DNA from: Torpedo marmorata
Lineage: Eukaryota
Direction of reading: 5' to 3'
DNA: 64,000 bases
NCBI GenBank assembly: GCA_977017645.1
Contig: OZ360236.1
Location: 25,358,001-25,422,000 of the forward strand
In this document: piece after piece, positions 11,226 to 24,523 of the stretch
Position numbering within the stretch: the first letter of the stretch is position 1
Layout: each line of letters begins with the position of its first letter
Program-made: the position numbers and the translations under genes
The notes under the pieces: model-generated
What the model saw: the letters and a program-made list of their open reading frames with translations, nothing else
What the model was told of the DNA's origin: nothing
Databases searched by the model: none

Positions 11226-14200
11226 TAGTATCCCTTGTCTTTTCTGGTACACACCAATTGTAAACCTTTTCAGCATTCATTGTCAATGCTTCTTCTCAAT
11301 ATTTGTTTCACTTTATGATGCAAAAGATGGCAAGTTAACTTCACACCATGATGGTAAGTTAATGTTGGGAGCTTTTCGTATTTTCTCTTTTATTAAATTC
11401 TGAAAGTGCTGGGTGACAGGCACTTTTCAAACGCAGAGAAAGACAAGAGATGAGATTATAAGAGTCATGGCATGATCAGCAACATGCATTATTCAGATGG
11501 TGGCCCTGTGATAAAGGTTTGTATTGAGTTTCACGGTTAGGTTAAAATATAAGAACACAGTGCACTTTGTTTGGTTTAAGCACCAGCTTGCCAACTGGAA
11601 TACATTAAAGTGGAAATCCATCAAAACACACACACATTCAAGTAAACAATCCCCTTGGTCGCATTAATAGTTTAAATGATCAGAAATAACGGACCGTTTT
11701 TCTGAATAAACCAAAATTATGTTTGGAAATCATTGCACCCAATACCCAAATATAATTGAATTACGCTTGTTCTTATTCTTTTGACATTTTTAAAATTTCA
11801 TTTATTCTCATTTACTCGATTTGTTTTTGATGTGAATTTAATCGCGGATTCAGCGATGCAGCCTGTACTGGCGTTTGTCAACCCGGAGACTTTAATGAGC
11901 GGAAACATTTTCCCATCTCATTCATACTGATTAGTTTGTGTTATGCGCTGTGGATTGTTTATCCAACAGTATCACAAAACGATACCCAATTGTGAGATCG
12001 CCGCATCCTGCAGAGAAAAACAGAGGAGAATGACAGCAATGGGTTACCTCTCGCAAACTCAAGACATGCCAACATTCAGGTGACCATCGTCAAGTGTGCG
12101 AGCTGATTCTGGGCTGCATTCTGCATGCAGTCTGTCACCCTGTCCTGCTCTTGTCCACTGTCTCCGGGCAATGGGTGCTCACATTGTGCACAAGAAAAGC
12201 ACCCGTAAAAATAGATTTCAACCAATACTTCCCTCGAAATGTTGGAGATGGGGGCAAAATATTTCTCCTGTGATACTGAAACACGGAGTGCAATGCATAA
12301 TATGGGACATGCATCAACTCAACGGCAACTGCATTCAAGCCGAGTAGTCGCGGTGGTCAGCAGATGAAAAGGGTGCTCCGGAACACCACCCCGAAATATA
12401 AAATATACAATGACTTATTACGAAGCTGAGAATTGTACCACAGCAGCCGTAAACGTAGATAGTAATGCTCATGACGAATCCCACGGATTGAAATATTCAA
12501 ACTTCTTTTTAATCACATATCGTCACCAGTCACCACCTACTTTGCAAAGACAAGGTGCTGTTAAATCTGCAAAAAGCATCCCTGGTAATTTAGCAATACG
12601 GAACGGCAATCGTAAAATGTAAATTATTTAATTTGAATATGTAGAAATAATTACAATTAAGTTAACAGATCACTGAAAGTACGTTTCATTTGAGGTTTGC
12701 TGCACAGTTATAGAATGAAGGTGACGACCGAGGGGTGACAATACTGACCTTAATATAATAATTGTTTAAGTAACGAAAATGCTGTCAAGCCTGTTGGAAA
12801 ATTAAACTCTACTTATGCCGCCGTATTTTCACATGTATAGCTAAATTATTTAATGAGACTTCTAAGAGATACATTCATTCAGAATGATATTCCCCTCCGT
12901 GAATCTGAGATTCAAGTTTTAAATATTACGATAACTGCAATATATCTCATTTATAATGGAATGAATGCATTAATAAATGTGTGCCCCTAAATGTTTACCT
13001 TGATCGCTCCTGCCATGAACAGATTCCTGGAATCTAAAGTGTATTTAGATCAAATACACTTATTTAGATATCCATGACGTTGGATCAAATACAATATCAA
13101 CATTTGGCAAAAATCAATGCAGCAGGATGAACGTTCTCACTTTTTTAATGACACGTTTTAGCTGCCAAAAGTCCATTTACTGCAACAACAAAAAAGATGA
13201 TTTCCCCCTCCAAAATTCTGCATGATAATAAAATATAGTCGGCCATGAATAGCGGCACAAATTAATATCGTTATTGAAACCTTTCACTTAAGAAACAAAT
13301 GGAAATGTGATTGGTTGTCAGTCGCAGAGGAAGACACGGAGCAGGAATTCCATACGCAAAGGCTCAGATACAGCGTGTTTACCAAAAGAGCCCTTGAATG
13401 TGCGCTTACTTGCAAAAAGATGATAGCTACAATTTCGTTGTTAGGAAAGTGAACTGATTAAACAAGCACGCCGTTCTTAACTTCTGCAGTGTAAATCGAA
13501 GTAACTCAGCAATGCACAGAAACATTTTATTGGGTTGGTGTGCAGAAACAATCACACTGCTTGTGAATCATCATGATAGAATCATCTTGAAGTAAACCTC
13601 ATTTCATGAAATGTCTAAATTCATATTTAATATTCATCACCAACTCTTTTTTTTAAAAATAAAGAGCAAAGCCAATAGATCTTAGCGTTGGTAATACATT
13701 ATGGTCAACAAATGGCTAGTCTGAACACTTTACGCACCAGGCTTTGTCCTGTGCCAGAGCAGTAAAATACCCTACGGATCAAAATAAACAAATACACCAA
13801 GACGATGCTGAACCAAACATTATTTAGCTTAACGAGGTTGAATATTGACCTGTCTTCTCATTTGGCAGTATAAATAATAAACTCACCGCTTCTGAATAAA
13901 ATGAACCATTGAAGAGGCCTGGGTTTCTGTTCATTTAATCCTTGATATCAGCTTGGTCCAAGGCGATATTTCGCATGCTTAATATTTTAAAAATTATTTC
14001 CCTGAAGTAACTGTTAGCTCCATGGTGCTCACCATTATTCTTCCGAATACCACAGCCTGATTTTGGCTGTCAGTGATGCTGCGGCACTGAGAACCTCTGG
14101 AGAGTGTAACAATACATGCAGAAGGGGCGAGAAGCAAAGTGGCTGCTGCTAATACCAGGCACGGATCACTCACTGCAGGGATTCATACGAAACAAGGTTT

Positions 14201-15589
14201 TCATTCTTTCCTCACCATCTTGCAGGCTTCTGATGCAACAGCATCCTGGTACCAGTCCAGTGTTATGAAGAACTAACCTGCACATCAATGAACTTGATGG
14301 ATTTGGTCATTTTCATTTTTGGAATGGACGTTGTAAAAATGAAAAATTGGAATTTTGTCAGGTTTGTCTTATAATAATCTGCCAGTGACACTTCCGGACT
14401 CTCCGATAATCGATATTGAGCCTTAATGTTGCCAGAGTATTTGGAGTTTAAAAAAAACATTGAGATTCATGCTGCATAAATTTGAATGGCATGCGGTAAT
14501 TAAAAGAGCAATGAGTCAGTGCTTTGTTTGTCAGAGATAAAATGAATTTACGAGAATCACATTCAGGATTCTAAATTGGGTTTGACCTATGTTGACAAAG
14601 CTATTCAAAGAACTTAATGTACTAACACAGAACCATTTCTTGTTTACAAGCTACAAGCTTGAACTATTCCGTTCTACAGAGACACAAAATTTAAAATAAA
14701 AAGGAATTTTACATTTACTTCCGTAAAGGGTGCAGACAGCTGTCAACACCGAATTTCATGACTTGTTCATGACAATATATTCTGATTCTAATTCTGAATA
14801 CAAGGTTGCGAGAAAGTCTACCGACAGAACGAATAGCAAAAGAAAATAGTCATAATCTCTGGGCATGTACAAGTCAATATTTGCAGGAATTTCAGTTCAC
14901 AAACTGTTCGTTGACGACATACCTTGAACAGACAGTGGCATTTAAAATCCTTTCAGGGAAAAAATATTTCAGATCATATGCAAACTGTGATATGGAATTA
15001 AGGTTATTGTGGCACCGTTTTTCAGATCACAGCATGCATGGAATCTTTAAAATAATAAACTGTGTAAAGTTTTAATATTTATGTATGCTATTTGTTGGCA
15101 CATCAGATGCTTTCAATCACAACTAGTAATGTAATAATTTAATTTTGCTGGTTAACACACGCAAATTGCCTATAATACCAATGACCTAACACTTATTTTG
15201 AATGCATTTTGACCAAATACAATCATGAACTTTGCTTTTTCATCAATTTCAGAGTTTGTATATATTGAATCTGGCTGATTATCAGTTGATTTTTAAAATA
15301 CAGAACATGATCCTGAGTGATTCAGAGGTTAAAAGCATGTGCAAGTTTCACAAATGAATTATTGATAGTCATCACTGACAGACTATTCATCCACTCACAC
15401 ACCTAATTCGACTGAACACCAAAGGTTTCACATGTGAAACACCCATTCCCTCTGTAGCTTTCTTTCCAAATCAAATCCTTAAAAGGTACATTTACTATGA
15501 TTACAAATATTTGAAGTGTTTCTCTGAAAAAATCCAAGATGCAAAAATGTATTCCTTGCTGAGGTCCTTTGAAACATTCTTAATTATCG

Positions 15590-15790
15590 GGTGATTCCTC
15601 ATGATTGAGAATGACAGTTTTGAGTGACTGGGACCTACAGATTTTTCCACAGATGGGGAAAGGGGACTCTAATGGGTCCAGTCAATAGGTAGTTTGCGAG
15701 ATAGTGCACTGCCTCAATGGTCTCTTAATGTTCCAGATGCTTAGACTCAAGGTTCTTGGTGCCATCCCAAGTGCTCTTCCTCCACTCCAT
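15590..15790 (-). mobile_element. Degenerate RTE-type LINE 3' fragment
   Basis: MEWRKSTWDGTKNLESKH resembles an RTE ORF C-terminus; similar to the relic at 28200-28690. Confidence 0.4.
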
Positions 15791-16304
15791 GGATGAAAGA
15801 TTCTCAGTTGCATTTTTTTCAGGAATGTGGTGCCAGGGATCTGAACAATGTGACTTGCCCAATGGAGCAGTCTGAACGCAACTAGGGCTGCAAGTTGGGG
15901 AGGCTGACCTCCGTTCAGTTTTGCAAAGACACAATTGGTGACTTACTCCACTGCTTCCCCTCCTACAGGTAATCCCAGAGGACCCAGAAGTGCGACCAGA
16001 GCAGGGAACGATGAGTTTTAAGCCAGGCATGAGGTCTTGATCTTCAAACACCTTTTTCCCCTCAGACAACCAAAGGGTGTCTTGCACACTGATGATGATG
16101 GCAAATTACATTGTCATGACCTGCCTTCACTCACTGTGATGTGGTTCAGATGATATGAGGTGGGCTACATTTTCTTGCTGTGAATCATTATTGACAGAGG
16201 GCAGTGTTGCGCAGTGGGGTTGGAGGTTGGTGTAGGAAGCTTGTAGGGGACTGTTGTTTTCACAGCTGTCGAGTCTTAGGCCCATTCTCTTGTGTGCCTT
16301 AGTG

Positions 16305-16820
16305 AATAAGGAATTTGAGGAGATTCGGTATGTCACCGAAGACTCTTGGAAACTTCTACAGGTGTACAGTGGAGAGCATTCTGGCTGGTTGCATCACTGC
16401 CTGGTAAGGAGTTGCCAACGCTCAGAAGAAGAAAATACTCCAGAGGATTGTTAACTTGGCCTGCGACATCACAGGCACCAGTCTTCACTCCATCGAAGAA
16501 ATCTACAAAAGGTGGTGTCTTAAGAAAGCAGCCTCTATCCTCAAAGACCTCCACCACCCAGGCCATGCTCTCTTCACTTTGCTACCATTGGGAAAAAGGT
16601 ACAGGAGCCTAAAGACGAACACTCAATGGCACAAGGACAACTTCTTCCCTGCTGCCATCAGATTCCTAAATAATCAATGAACCAAAGACACTGCCTTACT
16701 TTTCGTGCACTATTATTCATAATTTTTTATAGTAATGTCGTAAGAGGGTTATAATATGAATGTTAATTGCACTATGATGCTGCCGCAAAACACCGAATTT
16801 CACGACAATAAATTCTGAAC
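16305..16820 (+). mobile_element. Rex1/Babar LINE 3' fragment
   Basis: ACDITGTSLHSIEEIY, ILKDLHHPGHALF, NFFPAAIRFLN; family 3' UTR and tail. Confidence 0.85.
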
Positions 16821-17349
16821 GTTGGAGAAAGAGAGAGAATGACTGTTTATGTTTACGAATGCTTGGCCTGCTTTTCTTCCCTGATGACTTTCCCTTTTGG
16901 TAGGTGCACGAGGATTGCGATCCAAAATCAGTATACCACTGATTGAGGCGTATACTTGGATCTCACAGCCTGTCTCGCTGATCTCACACCTGTTCTCCAT
17001 GAAAGTTGCTTTATCTCAGGATTTTGCTGATACAAGAGGCCATGTGCTATTCTCCTAGTCTTTTCCCCTGGAATGCACAAGCCTGGATTTGGTGTTGTTG
17101 CTTCAGCCTTTTGCAACTCCAGACTGAATGCTTTTTGCAGAGGTTTTCACCTGCTTTTGCAAAAGTGCAACAAAGTATCTTTCCACAGCCTGTCTCTCTA
17201 TGTCTCTCTATCTGAGCACTGCCAGTCCTGGGCAAGTTAACTCTTTCAGTACCTGGTCCCAGTGTGTACTCCAAAAGACTTCATACTTCCTGCTGACCGT
17301 CTGCAGTCCAAATGGTCAGTCATGGTCCATAACAATGGAAACACAAATA

Positions 17350-17838
17350 TTTCAGATTTATTGTCAGAGTACATACAACTCTGAGATTCTTCTTCCTGCA
17401 GGCGAGGCAGAATTACCACTTATCAGTGGTGCAAAAATAAACTGGACACAACGTACACATGTAAACAAATAAAGAAATGTAAACAAACTGACTGTGCAAT
17501 AGAGAGGAAAAAAATCAATAAAGTGCAAAAGTAAGAGTTCTTAAATGTGTCCCTGATTGAGTTTATTGTTGAGGAGTCTGATGGTGGAGGGGTACCAGCT
17601 GTTCCTGAACCTGGTGGTGCGAGTGTTATGGCACCTATAGCTCTTTCCTGATGGTAGCAGTGTGGATCCTTGATGATTGCTGCTGCTCTCCGAGAGCAGC
17701 ATTCCCTGTAGATGTTCTCAATGGTGGGGAGGGTTCTGCCTGTGATGTCCTGGGCTGTGTCCACTACATTTTGCAGGGCTTTACGCTCAGGGATATTGGT
17801 GTCCCCATACCACACCGTGATGCAGCCGGTCAGCATTC
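17350..17838 (-). mobile_element. Rex1/Babar LINE 3' fragment (second subfamily)
   Basis: LTGCITVWYG, AQDITGRTLPTIENIY, IIKDPH; near-identical to the 3' part of 48090-49382. Confidence 0.85.
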
Positions 17839-17989
17839 TCTGACATAGGTGACCTTGGTTCTGGAGTGCAGGAAATGAAGATTGAATGATTAGTTCTGTA
17901 GATTAGATCAATTTCAGCAGGAAGTTTGTGGAAGGTTATTGCAGCACTGTGGTGAGAAAGATTGATTTATTAAAAAAGAGAATATGTTT

Positions 17990-18570
17990 CAATGAGAAAA
18001 TGATCACCAATGATAACAGAAAATCTACTTAGTTGCTTCACTGTTGTTTGCTGATCCAGGTGAGATTTGAAAGATTCATTGCAATGGATAAAATCAGTTA
18101 TTGTGTGCAAGAGAGTGCAGAGGAGATTGATGAAGACATTGACAGGATTGAGGCATTTTGGCTGTGAGAATAGATTAAATAGGTTAGGGTTATTCTCTTT
18201 GGAATAAAGGATACTCAGGAGCGATTTAATTAAAGGGCACAAAGTTACAAGCAATTACAAAATTTGAGTAAATGTAAAGAACACATTTCCCCTCAACAGA
18301 AGGGGAAAAAGATCAATGGTTATTGACTTAAAGTTATTTGCAGAGGAATGAGAGGGGAAATGACAAATAAATGTTTTCACCTGGGTTTGAGCAGTCTGCA
18401 ACTCACGGTCTAAGAAGTGTGATTTATTTCCTCTATCACACTAAAAAATTGCCCGAACATGCAATGAAGATCTGTGACCTGCAGGGCAATGGAACGAGTG
18501 CTGGAAGATGGGACAAAATTGGCTTGACACAATGGTCTTTTCTGTACCATAAATTTTCTATAATTCTATG
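17990..18570 (+). mobile_element. Old CR1 3' fragment
   Basis: GAGAGTGCAGAGGAGATT..., RLNRLGLFSLE-like decayed frame. Confidence 0.55.
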
Positions 18571-18817
18571 ATTGTGTAGCCATCACAAGCTCAAGCAATC
18601 CTGGGAAGAACAAGCAGGGGTCTTTGACTTGCTGTTGTCCCACATTTTGTCCACAATAGTGGAAAGAACAACAGATTATTTTTTGATGGCAATCGCGAAT
18701 TTGTGCAGGAGGTTCCTTTCTTCAGTCTCACAAAGTTGGCCCATGCAGAAACACAAAGAAAATCAAATTTTCATCTTCACCAGGTGAGCTATAACTTTGC
18801 AGGACAGTTTGACTGTT

Positions 18818-20263
18818 TGACAGGAGGAAGTCAGGGGAACACGACCCAGTCCTCATCGAGGGCTCAGTAGTGGAGAGGGTCAAGAACTTCAAATTCCTTG
18901 GTGTCAACATCTCCGAGGATCTGTCCTGGAACCTCCATGTTGATGCAATCACAAAGAAGGCTCGCCAGCGGAGGAGGAGATTCGGTATGTCACCGAAGAC
19001 TCTCGTAAACTTCTACAGGTATACCATGGAGAGCATTCTGGCTGGTTGCATCAAGTCAAGTCACCTTTATTTGTCGTTCATTACCATATACACAGTAAGA
19101 CGAGATAACGTTTCTCCAGGACCATGGGCAGTTGTACATAAATATCATAATACAATAAAAAAAACAATAACATGCTAATACATATATATATCTAAAAATT
19201 GAGGAGTCTGATGGCTTGGGGGAAAAAACTGTTGCACAATCTGGACGTACGAGCCCGAGTGCTTCGGTACCTCCTTCCAGATGGCAAAAGGGAAAAAAGT
19301 TTACAAAAGGGGTGTGAGAAGTCCTTTACAATGTTATTAGCCTTCCTCATGCATCGTGTGTTGTAGATGTCCGTCATGGTGGGAAGAGAGACACCAATAA
19401 TTTTCTCTGCTGACCCCACTATTGTCTGCAGGGTATTTCGGTCCGAGATGATACAGTTTCCAAACCAAGCGGTGATGCAATTGCTCAGAATACTCTCAAA
19501 ACATACCCTGTAGAATGTAGTAAGGATAGGGGGTGGGAGATGAACTTTCCTCAGCCTTCGCAGGAAGTAAAGACGCTGCTGGGCTTTCTTGACTATAGAA
19601 CTGGTGTTGAGGGACCAGCTGAGACTCTCTGCCAAGTGCACTCCAAGAAATTTGGTACTCTTTACGACCTCAACAGTAGAGCCATCCATGGTCAATGGAG
19701 AATGATCCCCCCGGGCCCTCCTGAAGTCGACAACCAACTCTTTCATTTTATTTACATTCAGATGCAGGTTGTTGGCTCTGCACCATTCCATTAGTGACTG
19801 CACCTCATCTCTGTATGCTGACACTGCCTGGTATGGAGGCGCCAACTCTCAGGACAAGAATAAACTCCAGAGGGTTGTTAACTCGGCCTGTGACATCACA
19901 GGCACCAGACTTCACTCCATTGAGGACATTTACACGAGGCGGTGTCTTAAAAAAGCAACCTCTGTCCTCAAAGACCCCCACCACCCAGGCCATGCCCTCT
20001 TCACTCTGCTACCATCGGGAGAAAGGTACAGGAGCCTAAAGACGAACACTCAACGACACAAGGACAGCTTCTTCCCCGCTGTCATCAGATTCCTGAACAA
20101 TCAATGAACCAAAGACACTGCCTTACTTTTCGTGCACTATTATTTATACTTTTTTATCATAATGTCGTAAGATGGTTATAATATGAATGTTAATTGCACT
20201 ATGATGCTGCCGCAAAACACCAAATTTCATGACTTGTTCATGATAATAAATTCTGATTCTGAC
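18818..20263 (+). mobile_element. Rex1/Babar LINE split by another Rex-type copy
   Basis: [14 protein letters not shown]...ESILAGCI | TAWYGG...ILKDPHHPGH frame resumes after 19822; tail AATAAATTCTGATTCTGA. Confidence 0.85.
19051..19822 (-). mobile_element. Rex1/Babar LINE (third subfamily), nested, open 3' ORF
   Basis: KELVVDFRR, KFLGVHL, AQQRLYFLRRL, SFFPQAIRLLN; tail AATAAAGGTGACTTGACT. Confidence 0.85.
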
Positions 20264-21023
20264 TTCTATGAAATCAGGTTGCTTCCATGTGATTTCTGCC
20301 ATATCATAAACGATTTATCTTGGCCAAGAAGATGTTGAGAATCATTATGACCCTCCCCCCCCCCCCCACTGATGTGCTGAATGGATCCCTTGGAAACATG
20401 ATAGCTTTTGCACAAAAGCTTCAGGTCTTCATCTAATTTAACTTTATTTTCAGCTCAAAGCATGGTTTCCCTTCTCAGGCTGACAAAGATAAATGTAGTT
20501 TCCATGAACTTTTGATCTTGAAGCAACCATGTTACTTTGAGGAATTGCTAATGATCTTAGTTGCCTCCTCCCAATGGCCAAAGAGCAGCTCCCAGAATCA
20601 CAGTGTGTTTTCCATCTATCCAGAGGCACAGTGAGCATAATCTTCACTGAGCAACATCTCCAAGAAAAATACAAGAAGCAGCACCAAATCACTACACATG
20701 GCTTTCTTAGACTTCATTAAAACCTCTGACAATATGAATTGTGAAGGACAGTGAAGCAATGCTCACAAATATCATTCTCTATCTTTCATTTACTCCATAA
20801 TGAGATGCAAGCCATAACATTAACCAATTTCTGTAAGACTGGTATTAAAGCTACACCAGCACCTTCCTCAAGCTTCCATGTTGCACATTATTAAAAAATT
20901 TCCAGAGGAGTGGAGCTTATTTTCAAGCCTTATAATCGACTGAGACCATGCTCCAGAATCAAAGTTACCCAAACCTCGGTAGTTGAGTGCAGTTTGTGGC
21001 CAACACTTGCATTTGAGCACAGT

Positions 21024-21285
21024 CAGATTTCAGATTTATTGTCAGAGTACATACATGACATCACATACAACCCTGAGATTCTTTTTCTGTGGGCGAAGCA
21101 GAATTACCATTTATTGGTACTGCAAAAAAAAAAAACTGTATTCAATGTATACATATAAACAAATAAAGAAATGTGAACAAACTGTTTTTTTCTCTCTGTA
21201 TTGTACAATGAAGTGCAAAAGTAAGAGTCCTTAAGTGAGTCCCTGATTGAGTTTGTTCTTGAGGAGTCTGATGGTGGAGGGGTAG
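21024..21285 (-). mobile_element. Rex-type 3' UTR fragment
   Basis: Matches 17350-17600 and 49110-49382. Confidence 0.75.
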
Positions 21286-21379
21286 GTCATGCTCCAAACA
21301 TCATCCACTTGTTTAACAAAGTAAATAAGAGAATGGACTTTGTATCTGTAAGACTTGGGTTGTAAATTAACCTGCCCCT

Positions 21380-21720
21380 GGTGCACCACAATGTCCTCTG
21401 ATAATAACAGTTCATGGTAAGGAATTCCCTGGAAAAAGCACCACATCCCTTATCTCAGGAGTCACCTCTTGGCAAAAGTGGACTTTGATGAAATTTACCA
21501 TTATTATCAATGCGCAAGCACAGCCTTTGGTTTATTGAGAAAATTGATACTTGCAGAATGGGTTGTAGACCTGTCACAAAACTAATAGTCCATCAGGCAA
21601 AGTGATCCCAGTCCCCACGCACATTTCTGAGACCTGGACAAACTACAACAGATAACTCAAGACACGAAAAAAACCACTGATGTTGTATAGGCAAAATCCA
21701 CTAAATACACAACAGTGATA
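21380..21720 (+). mobile_element. Degenerate RTE LINE fragment
   Basis: PYLRSHL..K..DE..ASTAFGLLRK-like decayed frame. Confidence 0.5.
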
Positions 21721-22060
21721 CGGAAACCAATAAGACCGTAAGACATTGGAGGGGAATTAGGCCATTCAGCCCATCTGAGTCTTCCCTGCCATTCCATCAT
21801 GGCTGATTTATTATCCCTTTCAAACCCATTCTCTTGCCTCTCTCCTTAATCCCCTTCCTGATCAAGAACGTATCTACCTCCACCTTAAATATTCCCAATG
21901 ACTTGGCCTCCACACCTGCCCATGGCAAGAAATTCAACAAACTAACCATCCTCTGGGTAAAGAAATTCTTTCTTATCTCTGTTCCAAATGGACGTTTTTG
22001 TATTCCATGGCTGTGCCCTCTGGTCCAGGACTCTCCCACCACAGGAAACATACTCTCCAC

Positions 22061-23592
22061 CAGTGGTGTAGCTAGGGGGGGAGCAGGGGGAGCAGCTCCC
22101 CCTGAGCAAATTTTTCAAAAGTGGCGCCTTCAGCCCGGCAGCGCTCATGGCCCTCCCGCACCGCATTTCGCTCCTTCCGATCCGAGCCCAGCTCCTTCGC
22201 CCTCCCGCACTGCATATTCGCTCCTTCCAAAGCTCCGATCCGCGTCCGGCTCCTTCGCTCCCCCCGCCCCCCCTTAAACCGCATATTTGCTCCTTCTGAA
22301 GTTCCGATCCGCACCCGGCTCCTTCGCTCGCTCCCCCCTCCCTCCCGCCCCCACACCGAGCCGTGACGGTACCTGAAGGCAGCGTCGCAATAGCGCACGC
22401 TGCCTGTTCAATGTGGCGATTCCAGCCCCCGGGTTGCAGACGTGCCCTCTCGCCAATCGGAAGCGCTTTGACAAAACTGCACATGGCTGCGTGAGGAAGC
22501 AAGCCAAGTGTTGAGTGGCTCAGGCTGGGATCAGAGGCAGCCGGAGCAGCGGGCAGCGAGTGGAGGCACGCAGCAGCCGCTGGGTTTGAACTGCCTGCAA
22601 CTTTCATGGGCTAGATATCGGAGAGCACGGATTAAGAGGCAATACAATCTATCCACAGGTATTATCACCAAAATTTGCCCAAACCATTGTTAATAAATCC
22701 CTATCATTTTAATTCAAACATTAAAATAACTTTAATCAAAAAGGGGTTGTTTTTACACTGGGGATGTAGGTGAAATAATGAACGGAGTGCATTTTAATTT
22801 TGATTTAAAATGTAAAAGATGTGTGATTTTATTAAATAATAGCTAATTTTAAATGCGGTCATCGCTTCAATTGTTGAAATTATTGGTGACTCATCCATTC
22901 AAATGGAATCGAATGAAGCCTGCCTGTTCGCAGGGAGTAGCTGTATGCTTCGCTCTCTCCCCTTCCCTCTCCGTCCCGACGCTCTGTCGTCCAGCTTGGG
23001 GCGGTGGTGCTGGTGAATATGGGGAGGGAGCTGGGAGGTGGAAAATGCTAGTAAGGCAGATGGTCTTCGAGCTCGCTGGAGGGGCAGGGAGACAGAGAGA
23101 AGAAGGAGGGAGAAGAAGAAGGGAGAAGGAGAAGAAGAAGGAGGGAGAAGGAGAAGAAGACGGGAGAAGGAGGGAGAAGAGAGAGAGAGAGAGAGAGAGA
23201 GAAAGTTGAAAGGAGCAGGGGGAGGGGGGGGGAATCGAGGCGGTACCAGTCTGCACTGCAAACCTTGTCTTGTCTGCACAAGCACCATTTTCAGCACCAC
23301 CAAGCGAAAGATGGGAGAGATCAGAAAGTCTCTCCCCACGCCACGACCGATCTGAAGGACAAACACACACACACATGAACACACACTCACAGCGCAAAGC
23401 TTCCTCTACTGCTTTGTGGTTGGCAGAAGCAAAGGTTGCCTGGCTGTGGTTGCCAATTTAAGAGTGCGTGTGTGAGAGTATATGTGTGCGCGCTGGTTGC
23501 AAAACGTGTGTGCGCGCGCACACAGCTGTGGTCGTGGCGCCTTTTTTATGTGCTCTCGCTCCCCCTAACGTTAAAACCTGGCTACACCCCTG
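22061..23592. mobile_element. Non-autonomous hAT element (1532 bp) with internal cargo
   Basis: TIRs CAGTGGTGTAGC / GCTACACCCCTG (11/12); perfect 8-bp TSD CTCTCCAC at 22053-22060 and 23593-23600. Confidence 0.9.
23092..23203. repeat. Purine-rich (GAA/GGA)n and (GA)n tract inside the hAT element
   Basis: Directly visible. Confidence 0.9.
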
Positions 23593-24523
23593 CTCTCCAC
23601 ATGCACTCTATCCTGGCCTTTCAGTATTCAATAGGTTTCAATGAGATCCCCCCACCTCCTCTCATTCTTCGAAATTCCAGTGAATACAATCCTAGAGCCT
23701 TCAAACACTCTTCACATGTAAACCCTTTCACTCCGGGCATCATCATTGTAAACCTCCTCTGGACCCTCTCCAATGCCAATACATCTTTCCTTAGATATGG
23801 AGCCCAAAACTTTCACAATATTTCAAGTGTGGCCTACCAATGCCTTGTAAACCCTCAACATCACATCACTGCTTTTATATCTATCCTTCTCAAAACGAAT
23901 GCCAGCATTCCATTTGCTTTCCTTACCACTGACTCCATATGCAAGTTGACCTTTAGGGAGTCTTGTACGAGGATTCCCAAGTCTGTCTGCGCCTCTGATA
24001 TCTGAACTTGTTGCCCGTTTAGAAAATAGTCTCCACCTTTATTCCTCAACCAAAGTGCATGATCATACATTTCTCTACACTGTACTCCATCTGCCATTTC
24101 CTTGCCCAAGCTCCTAACCTGACTCAGTCCTTCTGCAGATTCAGTGCTTCCTCAACACTACCTGCCCCTCCTCCGATCTTTGCTTCATTGGCAAACTTGC
24201 CCATAAAGCTATCAAATTCATCATACAAATCATTGGCACATAACGTGAAAAGAAATGGCCCCAGTACCGAACCCTGAGGAACACCACTGGTCACCAGCCG
24301 CCAACCAGAAAAGGCCCCTTTTATCCCCACTCTCTGCCTCCTACCAGTCAGCCAATCTTCTATCCATGTTTGTATTTTTCCCGTATAACCATGGGCCCTC
24401 ATTTTGCTTAGCAGCCTCACATGCGGCACCTTGTCAAAGGCCTTTGGAAAATCCAGGTAAACCACATCCACTGACTCTCCTTTATCTAGAAGTAAATCAC
24501 GAAAATCTGTAGACACCATGGTT

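Larger units (their letters stand above)
21730..24488 (-). mobile_element. CR1 LINE fragment split by a hAT insertion
   Basis: YLDFPKAFDKVPH, GVPQGSVLGP, KANGMLAF, TRGHS, NFFTQR; sequence is continuous across the CTCTCCAC TSD. Confidence 0.88.

Noticed and set aside
22853-23397. Overlapping low-complexity ORFs (R/E-rich, S/L/P-rich)
   Set aside because: Translations of the GA microsatellite inside the hAT element
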